Origin: Acidimicrobiia bacterium | GTDB lineage: Bacteria; Actinomycetota; Acidimicrobiia; Spongiisociales; ZC4RG35 | Length of the DNA stretch: 52,250 nt | Assembly (NCBI GenBank): GCA_035250485.1 | Contig: DATFFB010000016.1 | Location: 1-52,250 of the forward strand | Direction: 5' to 3' | Shown here: positions 8,914 through 18,902 of the stretch, in pieces | Numbering within the stretch: position 1 is the stretch's first letter | Layout: every line of letters begins with the position of its first letter | Translations under genes and position numbers: made by a program | Notes under the pieces: generated by a model | The model's database searches: none | Seen by the model: the letters and a program-made list of their open reading frames with translations, nothing else | What the model was told of the DNA's origin: nothing

Positions 8914-8958
8914 TTCTTGCGTAGCAAAAGGCGCTACGGCGCTTTTTCTACGCAAGAA
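8914..8958. terminator. Long near-perfect palindrome / terminator-like hairpin between rho and rpmE
   Basis: Outer 11-bp arms TTCTTGCGTAG / CTACGCAAGAA enclose AAAAGGCGC-tacg-GCGCTTTTT (GC stem plus T5 run). It ends 16 nt before the rpmE ATG. Confidence 0.5.
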
Positions 8959-8974
8959 TGAAGAGGAGATTTTC

Positions 8975-9214
8975 ATGAGAGCCGATATTCACCCCACGTA
9001 CGGCGAGACAACGGTGATCTGTTCCTGCGGGAACCGCTTCACCACCCGCTCGACCAAACCCGGTGAGATGCACGTAGAGCTTTGCAACGACTGCCACCCC
9101 TTCTTTACGGGTCGCCAGAAGCTGGTCGACTCCGGTGGTCGGGTGGAGAAGTTCCAGAAGCGCTACGGAACCACCGACTACCGCAAGAAGAAGGGCGAGG
9201 CCCGCAGCAACTGA
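8975..9214 (+). CDS. rpmE: 50S ribosomal protein L31 (Zn-binding type, CxC...CxxC)
   Basis: [17 protein letters not shown]...[20 protein letters not shown] upstream. Confidence 0.96.
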   Translation: MRADIHPTYGETTVICSCGNRFTTRSTKPGEMHVELCNDCHPFFTGRQKLVDSGGRVEKFQKRYGTTDYRKKKGEARSN

Positions 9215-10152
9215 TGCCGGAATCGCCACTGGCGGCGCTGACGGTCGGTGGTCAGGCAGTCCTCGAAGGCGTGATGATGCGCGCCCCCACCGCCTGGGCA
9301 GTGGCGGTCCGCAAACCCGACGGCGCGATCGAGTCGATCCGTCACCACCTGCCTCGGCTGACTTCGCGCTCGGCGTGGGCCAAGGTGCCCTTCGTGCGCG
9401 GGATGCTGGTCCTGGGAGAGTCTCTCAGCATCGGCTTCAAAGCCTTGTCCTGGTCGGCGCAGAAGTCAGTCGGCGAGGACGAAAAGGAATTGACCAGGAG
9501 CCAGATCGCCGGCTCGATGACCCTGGCGCTTGCTTTCTTCGTCGGGCTGTTCGTGATCGTGCCAACGGTGGCTGCTCGCTTTCTCACCCAGGATCGCTCT
9601 TTCGTCTACGCCGCCATTGAGGGATTCATCCAATTGGGGATCTTCCTCGGATACCTGTGGTTGTTGGGCCGGTCAGAAGAGATTCGCCGGGTCTTTGCCT
9701 ATCACGGTGCCGAGCACATGTCGATCCACGCCTATGAGGCCGGAGAGCCCCTCTCGATTGACCGGGTCAGCCGTTACCGGCCCGAGCACCCTCGCTGCGG
9801 AACCAGCTTTCTTTTGATCGTGATGATCCTGGCAATTGTCATCTTCGGCCTGCTGGGCAGATTGCCCTGGCCCCTCCTCATCTTGAGCCGGCTGGTTGGC
9901 ATCCCTCTCATCGCCGGAATTTCTTATGAGATCCTCAAAGCCTCCGGCAAGCATCAGGAGACTCGCTGGGGTCGATTCCTGGCTGCGCCTGGGCTGTGGC
10001 TGCAACGGCTCACCACCCGCGTGCCGGAGCAGGATCAGATCGAAGTGGCGGTAGCGTCGCTTCTTTCCTCGCTCGAGGCCGAGCAGGTGGAGGAGATATT
10101 GCGTCGGGGACCGGTGCCGGAGGCTTCCCTGGCCGCTCGCGCCGTCCACTGA
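9214..10152 (+). CDS. DUF1385 (YqhQ-like) membrane protein
   Basis: GGQAVLEGVMMR N-terminus, AYHGAEH, RCGTSF motifs and several hydrophobic helices. The start ATG overlaps the rpmE stop (TGATG). The listed ORF start at 9082 lies inside rpmE and was rejected. Confidence 0.85.
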   Translation: MPESPLAALTVGGQAVLEGVMMRAPTAWAVAVRKPDGAIESIRHHLPRLTSRSAWAKVPFVRGMLVLGESLSIGFKALSWSAQKSVGEDEKELTRSQIAGSMTLALAFFVGLFVIVPTVAARFLTQDRSFVYAAIEGFIQLGIFLGYLWLLGRSEEIRRVFAYHGAEHMSIHAYEAGEPLSIDRVSRYRPEHPRCGTSFLLIVMILAIVIFGLLGRLPWPLLILSRLVGIPLIAGISYEILKASGKHQETRWGRFLAAPGLWLQRLTTRVPEQDQIEVAVASLLSSLEAEQVEEILRRGPVPEASLAARAVH

Positions 10153-11189
10153 TGGCCCCCGAACCCCTCGAGGCCGGGCTGTTCGACCGGCTGCTGGAGA
10201 TGGAGAAGGCTTTGGCCGAGGTCGAGGCCGAGATGGCGGCCGGTGGCACTGACTATGCAGAGTTAGGTCGGCGCCACTCCGAACTCGTTCACCCCGTGGC
10301 CATGTTCCGTAGGTACCGGGCGGCTTTGGCCGACCTCGAGGAGGCCGAGGTTCTTTCCGGCTCCGAGCCCGAGTTCGCGGTGCTGGCGAAGGAAAAGCAG
10401 GAGGAGGCAATGGAATTGGCCTCGCTGATACGGGCCGAGCTCACCCCGGCCGATCCCGACGACCAGAAAGACGTCATCATCGAAGTCCGGGCCGCCGCCG
10501 GCGGGGACGAAGCAGCGATCTGGGCCGGCGATCTCCTCCGCATGTACGAGAAATACGCCGATCGTCATGGATTCCGAACCGAGCCCATGGAGAGCTCCGA
10601 ATCGGAAGCTGGCGGCTTTTCACGGGTGACCGTGGCGGTCAAGGGCAAAGGGGCCTACTCGCGGTTCAAATTCGAGGGGGGAGTGCACAGGGTGCAGCGG
10701 GTTCCTAAGACCGAGGCCCAGGGTCGAATCCATACCTCGACTGCGACTGTGGCGGTCCTTCCGGAGGCGACCGAGGTGGAGGTCGAGGTCGATCCCAATG
10801 ACGTCCGCGTCGACGTCTTTCGATCAACCGGGCCCGGCGGCCAGTCGGTCAACACGACCGATTCGGCGGTTCGTCTCACCCACGTGCCTACCGGGCTGGT
10901 GGTCTCCTGTCAGGACGAGAAGAGCCAGCTCCAGAACAAGGAGAAGGCGTTTCGCATCCTTCGGGCCCGCCTCTATCAGCTGAAGATGGAAGAGCAACAG
11001 GCCGAGCTCTCGGGGGCTCGTCGGGCCCAGGTAGGAACCGGCGGCCGTTCAGAGAAGATCAGGACCTACAACTTCCGTGAGTCACGGGTCACCGATCACC
11101 GTATCGGTCTCACTGTCCGCCGCCTCGACCAGGTCCTCGAAGGTGACCTCGACGAGCTGGTCGAAGCGATGCGAACCCAGGCTTCCTGA
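10152..11189 (+). CDS. prfA: Peptide chain release factor 1
   Basis: GGQ motif (STGPGGQSVNTTDSAVRLTH) and RF1-type RIHTSTATVAVLPE region. The start ATG overlaps the DUF1385 stop (TGATG). Confidence 0.95.
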   Translation: MAPEPLEAGLFDRLLEMEKALAEVEAEMAAGGTDYAELGRRHSELVHPVAMFRRYRAALADLEEAEVLSGSEPEFAVLAKEKQEEAMELASLIRAELTPADPDDQKDVIIEVRAAAGGDEAAIWAGDLLRMYEKYADRHGFRTEPMESSESEAGGFSRVTVAVKGKGAYSRFKFEGGVHRVQRVPKTEAQGRIHTSTATVAVLPEATEVEVEVDPNDVRVDVFRSTGPGGQSVNTTDSAVRLTHVPTGLVVSCQDEKSQLQNKEKAFRILRARLYQLKMEEQQAELSGARRAQVGTGGRSEKIRTYNFRESRVTDHRIGLTVRRLDQVLEGDLDELVEAMRTQAS

Positions 11190-11191
11190 CG

Positions 11192-11211
11192 CCCCTGAGG
11201 GGTGTCAGGGG
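11192..11211. terminator. Hairpin between convergent prfA and RDD genes
   Basis: CCCCTGA-ggggtg-TCAGGGG, a 7-bp stem starting 3 nt after the prfA stop. Confidence 0.45.
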
Positions 11212-11227
11212 CCCAGAGAACGGGCGG

Positions 11228-11797
11228 TTACTTGGTGGTGACCACCCTCGTCCCGCCGGCAAACGTGTCATGCCAGCCGACCTTGGCGACCGATTGGCTG
11301 ATGGTGACGGCGATATAGATGATGATGGCGAGTTGGGCCAGGCCGCCAATGAACGGGATGATGGCCAGGGCATACCAGGCATTGCGCTTGAGGGCCTGCT
11401 CGAGGGTGGGCTTGCCGCCGGCCGGCCCTTCAGTGCGCAGGCTCAGCGCCATCTTCCCCACGGTTTGGCCCATGTTCGATTCCATCAGGGCGAAATAGCC
11501 GATGGTGATGATGGCGGTCACGATCGAGGCGATCAGGCTCCCAACCCCAAAGTCGAATCCAAAGCCAAAGGAGCTGCCCGTGCCGACCCCGCTGAAGGCG
11601 CTGGCGATGAGGAGCGGGACGATGATGATGCTGGTCACGATGCCCAGCAAAATGTGGTCGATGAGCCGCGCCAGGAAACGGGGTCCGACGTCGGCGGGTC
11701 GGCCGGCTCCGCTGGCTGCCGGCGCCGGCGGGGGCGGGGCAGGCATAGGTTCAACCGGTGGCATAGGGTCGGGCGGCGGCGTTACCGGATCGGTCAT
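11228..11797 (-). CDS. RDD family membrane protein with Pro-rich N-terminus
   Basis: RFLARLIDHILLGIV (RDD-domain start), three hydrophobic segments, and a PPPDPMPPVEPMPAPPPPAP N-terminal region. Confidence 0.8.
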   Translation of the reverse strand: MTDPVTPPPDPMPPVEPMPAPPPPAPAASGAGRPADVGPRFLARLIDHILLGIVTSIIIVPLLIASAFSGVGTGSSFGFGFDFGVGSLIASIVTAIITIGYFALMESNMGQTVGKMALSLRTEGPAGGKPTLEQALKRNAWYALAIIPFIGGLAQLAIIIYIAVTISQSVAKVGWHDTFAGGTRVVTTK

Positions 11798-11849
11798 ATT
11801 CCCTCCATGTGGTTCCGATGGCCGGGCGCAACGTTAACGACGAAGGCGT

Positions 11850-12569
11850 TTGCGCGCCGTGATTCCGGCCCACGAAATGCGTCGGCTGGCAGCAGTTGCC
11901 ACTCCCGAGCGACCGTTGACGGAGCTCGTGAAATTGCGATCGAGCGGTCTGCCGCTTCAGTACCTCGAGGGCACGGCTGCATTTGGCCCCCTGACGCTGG
12001 CAGTGGACCATCGGGTCTTGATCCCGAGACCGGAGACCGAGTACCTGGCTGCTCTTTTGGTCCGCCGGCACTCCCATCCCCAGCTGGTGGTCGATCTCTG
12101 CACGGGCTCGGGAGCTGTGGCGCTATTTATGAAGTCGGTTTGGCCCCAATCGCGGGTGGTGGCGACCGACTCTTCCGCCGATGCCCTGGCCGTCGCCCGC
12201 CACAACGGCAACCGCCTCGGGCTCGACGTCGAGTGGTACTCGGGCGACCTCTTCGGGGCTTTGCCGGGCGAATTGCGGGCCCAAACCGACCTCTTGGTCG
12301 CCAACCCTCCTTACGTGTCGGAATCGGAGTGGGATGTACTCCCCGTCGATGTCAGGCACGAACCTCGGTCGGCGCTGGTGGCCGGGCCGATCGGGACGGA
12401 GATCGTCGATCGAATCCTCACCGGGGTCGGCGATTGGCTCGTTCCCGGGGGGGAAGCCTGGATCGAGATCGGGGAGACGCAAGGGGCCTACCTCAGCAGG
12501 CGTCACCGCGTTCGCATCCATCAAGATCAATATGGAAAAGACCGCTTTGCAATGGTGACGATTGATTGA
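11850..12569 (+). CDS. prmC: Release factor N5-glutamine methyltransferase PrmC (short N-terminal domain)
   Basis: PLQYLEG, LIPRPETE, DLCTGSGAV SAM motif, NPPY catalytic motif. TTG start. The ORF is bounded upstream by an in-frame TAA at 11835-11837. Confidence 0.9.
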   Translation: MRAVIPAHEMRRLAAVATPERPLTELVKLRSSGLPLQYLEGTAAFGPLTLAVDHRVLIPRPETEYLAALLVRRHSHPQLVVDLCTGSGAVALFMKSVWPQSRVVATDSSADALAVARHNGNRLGLDVEWYSGDLFGALPGELRAQTDLLVANPPYVSESEWDVLPVDVRHEPRSALVAGPIGTEIVDRILTGVGDWLVPGGEAWIEIGETQGAYLSRRHRVRIHQDQYGKDRFAMVTID

Positions 12570-13119
12570 TCGGGCCCTCAGCCACCTCCGAGCCGGTCAG
12601 GTGATCGGACTCCCCACCGACACGGTGTATGGGATCGGGGCGGACCCTCTTCAGCCTCAGGCCGTCGCCCAGATCTTCGCTCTTAAAGGTCGCGGCCTCG
12701 ATCAACCGATCGGCTTGCTCGTGGCAGACCTGGAGAGCGCACTGGAGGCGGTGGAGCTGCCCGAATACGCCCGCTTGTGGGCGAGCCTCCATTGGCCCGG
12801 TCCCTTGAATCTTGTCGCGCGCCCGAAGAAGACCTGGCCGCCGGGGGTGGGAGATGCCGAGTCGCTGGCAGTCCGTGTGCCAGATCATGAGACGGCCCTG
12901 GAATTGCTAACCGCGGCTGGGCCTTTGGCGGTTACCAGCGCCAACCGCTCCGGGGGCGACGAAGCTCTCAACGATGTCGAAGCCGCTTCGATATTTGGCA
13001 TCGAGGTCCCCTTCTACCTGATGGGGGAGGCCCCCGGTGGCATCGCCTCAACCTCTGTCGACGTGCGCTTCGCCGAGCCTCTGCTCCTTCGCCAGGGCCC
13101 TCTCGACCTCGGAATCTGA
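12562..13119 (+). CDS. tsaC: L-threonylcarbamoyladenylate synthase (TsaC/YrdC family)
   Basis: GQVIGLPTDTVYGIGADP, SANRSG motifs. 8-nt overlap with prmC. Confidence 0.9.
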   Translation: MIDRALSHLRAGQVIGLPTDTVYGIGADPLQPQAVAQIFALKGRGLDQPIGLLVADLESALEAVELPEYARLWASLHWPGPLNLVARPKKTWPPGVGDAESLAVRVPDHETALELLTAAGPLAVTSANRSGGDEALNDVEAASIFGIEVPFYLMGEAPGGIASTSVDVRFAEPLLLRQGPLDLGI

Positions 13120-13163
13120 AGTCTCAAATCTGATGTCTTTCCTGACCCCTATCCTCGCCACCG

Positions 13164-14435
13164 ATGATTGACACCCGGCCGATCGAAGCGGTCGATCCCG
13201 AAATCGCCCGCCTGATCCGTCGGGATGTCGAGCGACAGAACACCCACATCCACCTCATCGCTTCGGAGAACTTCGCCTCGCCGGCGGTGATGGCCGCCTC
13301 CGGCTCCGTCTTCACCAACAAGTACGCCGAGGGATACCCCCATCGCCGCTACTACGAGGGCTGCGAGGTTGTCGACGAGATGGAGACCCTGGCCATCGAG
13401 CGGGCCAAGTCGCTCTTCGGCGCCGAGCACGCCAATGTCCAACCCCACTCGGGAGCCCAGGCCAACATGGGGGTCTATTTCTCCCTGATCAAACCCGGAG
13501 ACACGGTGCTGGGGATGCGCCTCGACCAGGGTGGCCACCTCACCCACGGCTCACCGGTCAACTTCTCCGGCCTCTATTACAACTTTGTCGCCTATGGAGT
13601 CGATCCCGATACCGAGACCATCGATATGTCCGAGGTGGGACGATTAGCCAAAGAACACCGCCCCAAGATCGTCCTCGCCGGCTACTCCGCCTACTCCCGC
13701 AAGCTCGATTACGAAGGATTTAGGCGTATTGCCGACGACATCGACGCCGTCTTCGTGGTCGACGCCGCCCACTTCATCGGCCTGGTCGCCGGTGGGGCCT
13801 ACCCCAACCCGGTCCCGCATGCCGATGTCGTCACGGCGACGACTCACAAGGCGTTGCGCGGCCCCCGCGGCGGCATGATCCTCGCCAAGTCGAAATTCGC
13901 AGCGGACATCGATAAGGCAGTCTTCCCCAATGCTCAGGGCGGTCCGATCATGAGCCAGATCGCCGCCAAGGCCGTCTGTTTCCAGGAAGCCTCCACCCCC
14001 GCCTTTGCTGAATACGCCCACCAAATCGTGCGCAACGCCCAGGCGATGGCGCGCCAGATGGAGGAAGAAGGGGTGAGGGTGGTGTCGGGAGGCACCGACA
14101 ACCATCTCTTCCTGATCGACCTCCGCTCAGTCGACGAAGAGCTGACCGGAAAGGAGGCCGCCGGCCGGCTCAATCGGGTCGGCATCACCCTCAACTTCAA
14201 CACCATTCCCAACGACCCTCGCCCCCCTTATCGGTCCTCGGGGCTGAGGATCGGAACCCCGGCGATGACCACGATGGGAATGGGAGAGGGGGAGGCGGAG
14301 GAGATCGCCAGCCTCATCGCTCAGGCCCTCCGGGCGGGCGAGGACGAGGCAGAGCTGTCGGTGGTGGAGAAGCGCGTCCGGGATTTGGCCCAAAGTTTTC
14401 CGCCTTACCCGGCCGACTTTTCGGGTCACGTTTGA
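13164..14435 (+). CDS. glyA: Serine hydroxymethyltransferase
   Basis: [19 protein letters not shown] (PLP lysine). 423 aa. Confidence 0.97.
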   Translation: MIDTRPIEAVDPEIARLIRRDVERQNTHIHLIASENFASPAVMAASGSVFTNKYAEGYPHRRYYEGCEVVDEMETLAIERAKSLFGAEHANVQPHSGAQANMGVYFSLIKPGDTVLGMRLDQGGHLTHGSPVNFSGLYYNFVAYGVDPDTETIDMSEVGRLAKEHRPKIVLAGYSAYSRKLDYEGFRRIADDIDAVFVVDAAHFIGLVAGGAYPNPVPHADVVTATTHKALRGPRGGMILAKSKFAADIDKAVFPNAQGGPIMSQIAAKAVCFQEASTPAFAEYAHQIVRNAQAMARQMEEEGVRVVSGGTDNHLFLIDLRSVDEELTGKEAAGRLNRVGITLNFNTIPNDPRPPYRSSGLRIGTPAMTTMGMGEGEAEEIASLIAQALRAGEDEAELSVVEKRVRDLAQSFPPYPADFSGHV

Positions 14436-14509
14436 GATCGCGCCGTCTGTGGGCCGGAACCGTTGCTGTACCACCGTTGGCACCCTGGGTCGGGGGAAGC
14501 TGCTAGAGT

Positions 14510-14527
14510 TTGTGAAAAGATTCACAA
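14510..14527. promoter_or_regulatory. Second perfect TTGTGAA-N4-TTCACAA palindrome, immediately upstream of the first atp-operon gene
   Basis: Read directly: TTGTGAAAAGATTCACAA. Arms are identical to those at 303-320. Ends 1 nt before ATG 14529 and 10 nt before the in-frame ATG 14538. Confidence 0.6.
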
Positions 14528-14528
14528 G

Positions 14529-14780
14529 ATGAGCGACATGGACAGCCGCCCACCAACGAGGAAGCAGGAGAGCAACGACTCGGCCAACGGGTGGGCTCTG
14601 TCGGGATCCTTCTTGGGCTCGATTCTCTCCGGGACGCTGCTCGGCTATCTGGCCGACCTCTGGCTCGATACTCGCCCCTGGCTGGTGGTAGTGGGAATCG
14701 TCGCCGGCTCCTATGCCGGCTTCATGACGATGTGGAGGCAGTCAAAGACCATCGACTCCATCGAACGGCGGCGGCCGTGA
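14529..14780 (+). CDS. AtpZ/AtpI-family small membrane protein (putative F0F1 ATPase accessory subunit)
   Basis: Two hydrophobic helices (GSFLGSILSGTLLGYLADLW, PWLVVVGIVAGSYAGF) and a position at the head of the atp operon. Start uncertain (14529 or 14538). Confidence 0.7.
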   Translation: MSDMDSRPPTRKQESNDSANGWALSGSFLGSILSGTLLGYLADLWLDTRPWLVVVGIVAGSYAGFMTMWRQSKTIDSIERRRP

Positions 14781-14821
14781 AGCCAGCCCCACCCTCAGCG
14801 GCGATACCGGTGGAGGCGATC

Positions 14822-15186
14822 ATGGCCCGCCACATGATCGGGCGAGCGGTCTTCCTGGTACTGCCGGTCGTCGTCCTGGGCTGGCTCCTGGCGGGAAGCG
14901 ACGGAGCCATCGCCTCGATCCTCGGTCTGGCCGTTGTGGTCCTCAACTTCTACCTGGCCGGAAAGGTCCTCAGCCTGGCGATTCGCCACTCCCTCACTAT
15001 GTATCATGCCGCCGCCCTGGTCGGCTTCGTTCTTCGTATGGCCCTCATCGCCGGAACGATGCTGTTGGTGGTGCGCTTTGTCGAGATCGACAGGGTGGCG
15101 TTCGGAATCTCGGCTGTGGTCTGCTACCTGGTGCTGGTCACGCTGGAAGCGATCGCGGTGATGCGGGGGCGAGAAAGGAACCTGGA

Positions 15187-15199
<13 letters not shown>
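14822..15199 (+). CDS. atpI: ATP synthase protein I-like membrane protein
   Basis: About 125 aa with four hydrophobic segments, directly upstream of and overlapping atpB. The listed ORF start at 14591 overlaps the previous gene and was trimmed to ATG 14822. Confidence 0.65.
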
Positions 15200-16255
<1,056 letters not shown>

Positions 16256-16265
16256 GAGGTCGTCA

Positions 16266-16817
16266 GTGTCAACGCGTTTGTGGATGGACATCCTGGCCCA
16301 GGAAGAGGCCGAAGCCAGCTCCAACGTCTCCTTGGTGCTGCCCGAGACCAACGAGCTGATCGCCGGCATCGTCGCATTTCTCATCGTTTTCTTCTTTGTC
16401 TGGAAATGGGCCATACCTGCCATCAACCGCACCCTTGAGGCCCGGCAGAAGGCGATCACGGGGAAGCTGGAAGACGCCGAACGGGCCAAGAACGAGGCCG
16501 AAAACCTGCGGAAGGATTACGAGCAGCAAATTGCCGATGCCCGCAGCAAAGGCAACGACCTCATCGAGGAGGCTCGCAAGGCCGCCGAGGCGATGAAGGC
16601 TGACATGATTGCCCGCGCCCAGGCCGAAGCTGAAGGCATCGTCAGCAAGGCACGGGAGGAAGCCGCCCAAGAGAAGTCCCGCGCTATGGGCGAGGCCCGG
16701 CGCGAGGTGGCGAATCTCTCAATCGACCTGGCCGAGCGTGTAGTGGGAAAGAACCTCGACCGCGAGGCCCAGCTCGGTCTCGTCGATCAGTACATCGCCG
16801 AGTTGGAGCGCGGATAG
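16266..16817 (+). CDS. atpF: F0F1 ATP synthase subunit b
   Basis: Single N-terminal TM helix followed by a long charged coiled coil (AEAE/KA-rich). Operon position. GTG start. Confidence 0.92.
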   Translation: MSTRLWMDILAQEEAEASSNVSLVLPETNELIAGIVAFLIVFFFVWKWAIPAINRTLEARQKAITGKLEDAERAKNEAENLRKDYEQQIADARSKGNDLIEEARKAAEAMKADMIARAQAEAEGIVSKAREEAAQEKSRAMGEARREVANLSIDLAERVVGKNLDREAQLGLVDQYIAELERG

Positions 16818-17351
16818 GTGGCGAACCGAACCGAGGGATATGCGCAAGCGCTCTTCGAGCTGGCCTCCGCCGAGGCTGCACTGGAAGCGACCGAGCGCGA
16901 CCTCTTCGCCATTTCCCGGGCGCTGACCGATTCGTCCGAACTGCGCGATGCTCTGACCAATCCCCAGCTGCCAATGGATCGCAAGCAGAGCATCATCGAC
17001 GATCTACTTGGCGGCCGCGCTTCGGATCTCGTGAGAAATCTGGTCTCCTTCATCATCGGTCAGGGACGGGCTTCCGAATTCACGGACATTGTCGAAGCCT
17101 TTATCGAAAGAGCGGCTGCCTCCCGCTCCCGCGCGGTCGCCGAAATTCGGTCGGCGGTCCCACTTGATTCGTCCACGGTCGACAGGCTGGCCGCCGCTTT
17201 ATCCAAAGCAACGGGGAAGAAGCTCGAGGTGAAGACGATCGTTGATCCCAGCCTGATTGGAGGAGTGGTGGCGCAGGTAGGAGACGTGGTGATCGACGGA
17301 TCAGTGGCGAGACGGCTTTCTGCCCTCCGCCAGACGCTGAAAACTGGTTGA
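16818..17351 (+). CDS. atpH: F0F1 ATP synthase subunit delta
   Basis: 177 aa, OSCP-like (YAQALFELA..., IGGVVAQVGD). GTG start abutting the atpF stop. Confidence 0.92.
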   Translation: MANRTEGYAQALFELASAEAALEATERDLFAISRALTDSSELRDALTNPQLPMDRKQSIIDDLLGGRASDLVRNLVSFIIGQGRASEFTDIVEAFIERAAASRSRAVAEIRSAVPLDSSTVDRLAAALSKATGKKLEVKTIVDPSLIGGVVAQVGDVVIDGSVARRLSALRQTLKTG

Positions 17352-17360
17352 GGTGACGAA

Positions 17361-18899
17361 ATGGCCGAACTGACAATCACTCCCGAAGACATCACCGCCT
17401 CGTTGCGACAGCGCCTGGCGGACTGGCAACCGAGCCTCGAGCAGGAAACCATCGGTTATGTGACTTCGATCGCCGACGGTGTCGCCCGGGTCAAAGGTCT
17501 GCCCAACGTGATGGCGTCGGAGTTGCTCGAATTTCCGGGCGGGCTGATCGGGGTGGCGCTCAACATCGACGAGGACGATCTCGGGGTGGTGCTGATGGGC
17601 GAGGCATCCCACATCGAAGAAGGGGCGAGCGTCAAGCAGACAGGAAACGTGTTGTCGATCCCGGTCGGCGATGCGTTGCTCGGACGGGTGATCGACCCGC
17701 TCGGCAACCCCATCGACGGCAAGGGCCCGATCGAAACGGAAGAGCGGCGCCTGCTCGAAGTGCAGGCGCCCTCGGTCGTCGAGCGCCAACCGGTCAAGGA
17801 ACCGCTGCAAACCGGCATCAAGGCGATCGATTCGATGACCCCGATCGGTCGCGGCCAGCGCCAGTTGATCATCGGCGACCGGCAAACCGGCAAGACCGCG
17901 ATCCTCGTCGACACCATCATCAACCAGCGCCACAACTGGGGGACCGACAAGGCCGTCAAGTGCGTCTACGTCGCCATCGGGCAAAAGGCATCGACGGTGG
18001 CAGAAGTAGTGGACGCGCTCTCGCGGGCGGGGGCGATGGAGTACACGGTGATCGTCCACGCCTCTGCCTCCGATGCCGCCGCCTTGCAAATGTACGCTCC
18101 CTATTCGGGATCGGCGATCGGCCAATACTGGATGTACCAGGGCGAGCACGCGCTGATCATGTTCGACGACCTCTCCAAGCAGGCCGTCGCCTACCGCGAG
18201 ATCTCGCTTCTTCTCCGTCGGCCCCCGGGAAGGGAGGCCTACCCCGGAGATGTCTTTTACCTCCATAGCCGCTTGCTCGAACGCTGCGCCAAGCTCTCCG
18301 ATGAGCTGGGTGGGGGATCGCTGACCGGGCTGCCGGTGATCGAGACCAAGGCGAACGATGTTTCGGCCTATATCCCCACCAACGTCATCTCCATCACCGA
18401 TGGCCAATGCTTCCTCGAAACGGACCTCTTCTACCAAGGGATCCGGCCGGCCATCAATGCCGGCATCTCCGTCTCGCGGGTCGGAGGAAACGCCCAGGTG
18501 CGGGCCATGCGGCAGATTGCGGGCCCCCTCCGACTCAACCTCGCTCAGTTCCGGGAACTGGCAGCCTTCGCTGAATTTGGTTCCGAGCTCGACGCCACCT
18601 CATTGGCTCAGCTCGAGCGGGGCCGGCGAGTGGTCGAGGTGTTGAAACAGGGTCAGTTTGCTCCGGTGCCCGTGGCCCAGCAGATCCTGTCTATTTATGC
18701 CGTGACCAACGGATACATGGACAAGGTGCCAGTGGAGGAGGTTCGCAACTTCGAATCGGGACTGCGACTGTTCGTCGAAGAGCGTTATGGCGACCTGCTC
18801 GATCAGATCGATGCCACCGGAAATCTCGGAGACGAGGACCGTCTCAAGACGGCGATCTCTGAATTCGCCTCAGGGTTCCAGATCCGAAGCGGGGAATAG
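17361..18899 (+). CDS. atpA: F0F1 ATP synthase subunit alpha
   Basis: Walker [50 protein letters not shown]. Confidence 0.98.
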   Translation: MAELTITPEDITASLRQRLADWQPSLEQETIGYVTSIADGVARVKGLPNVMASELLEFPGGLIGVALNIDEDDLGVVLMGEASHIEEGASVKQTGNVLSIPVGDALLGRVIDPLGNPIDGKGPIETEERRLLEVQAPSVVERQPVKEPLQTGIKAIDSMTPIGRGQRQLIIGDRQTGKTAILVDTIINQRHNWGTDKAVKCVYVAIGQKASTVAEVVDALSRAGAMEYTVIVHASASDAAALQMYAPYSGSAIGQYWMYQGEHALIMFDDLSKQAVAYREISLLLRRPPGREAYPGDVFYLHSRLLERCAKLSDELGGGSLTGLPVIETKANDVSAYIPTNVISITDGQCFLETDLFYQGIRPAINAGISVSRVGGNAQVRAMRQIAGPLRLNLAQFRELAAFAEFGSELDATSLAQLERGRRVVEVLKQGQFAPVPVAQQILSIYAVTNGYMDKVPVEEVRNFESGLRLFVEERYGDLLDQIDATGNLGDEDRLKTAISEFASGFQIRSGE

Positions 18900-18902
18900 C
18901 CA

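Noticed and set aside
11270-12565. 431-aa plus-strand ORF covering the RDD gene (antisense) and prmC (off-frame)
   Set aside because: The translation is Arg/Gly/Asp low complexity. The RDD and PrmC (NPPY) frames explain the region.
17301-18437. 378-aa minus-strand ORF inside atpA (and similar ones at 19818-20891 inside atpD and 5582-6331 inside hom/thrC)
   Set aside because: These run antisense to highly conserved genes and have no recognisable domains. They are high-GC artefacts.
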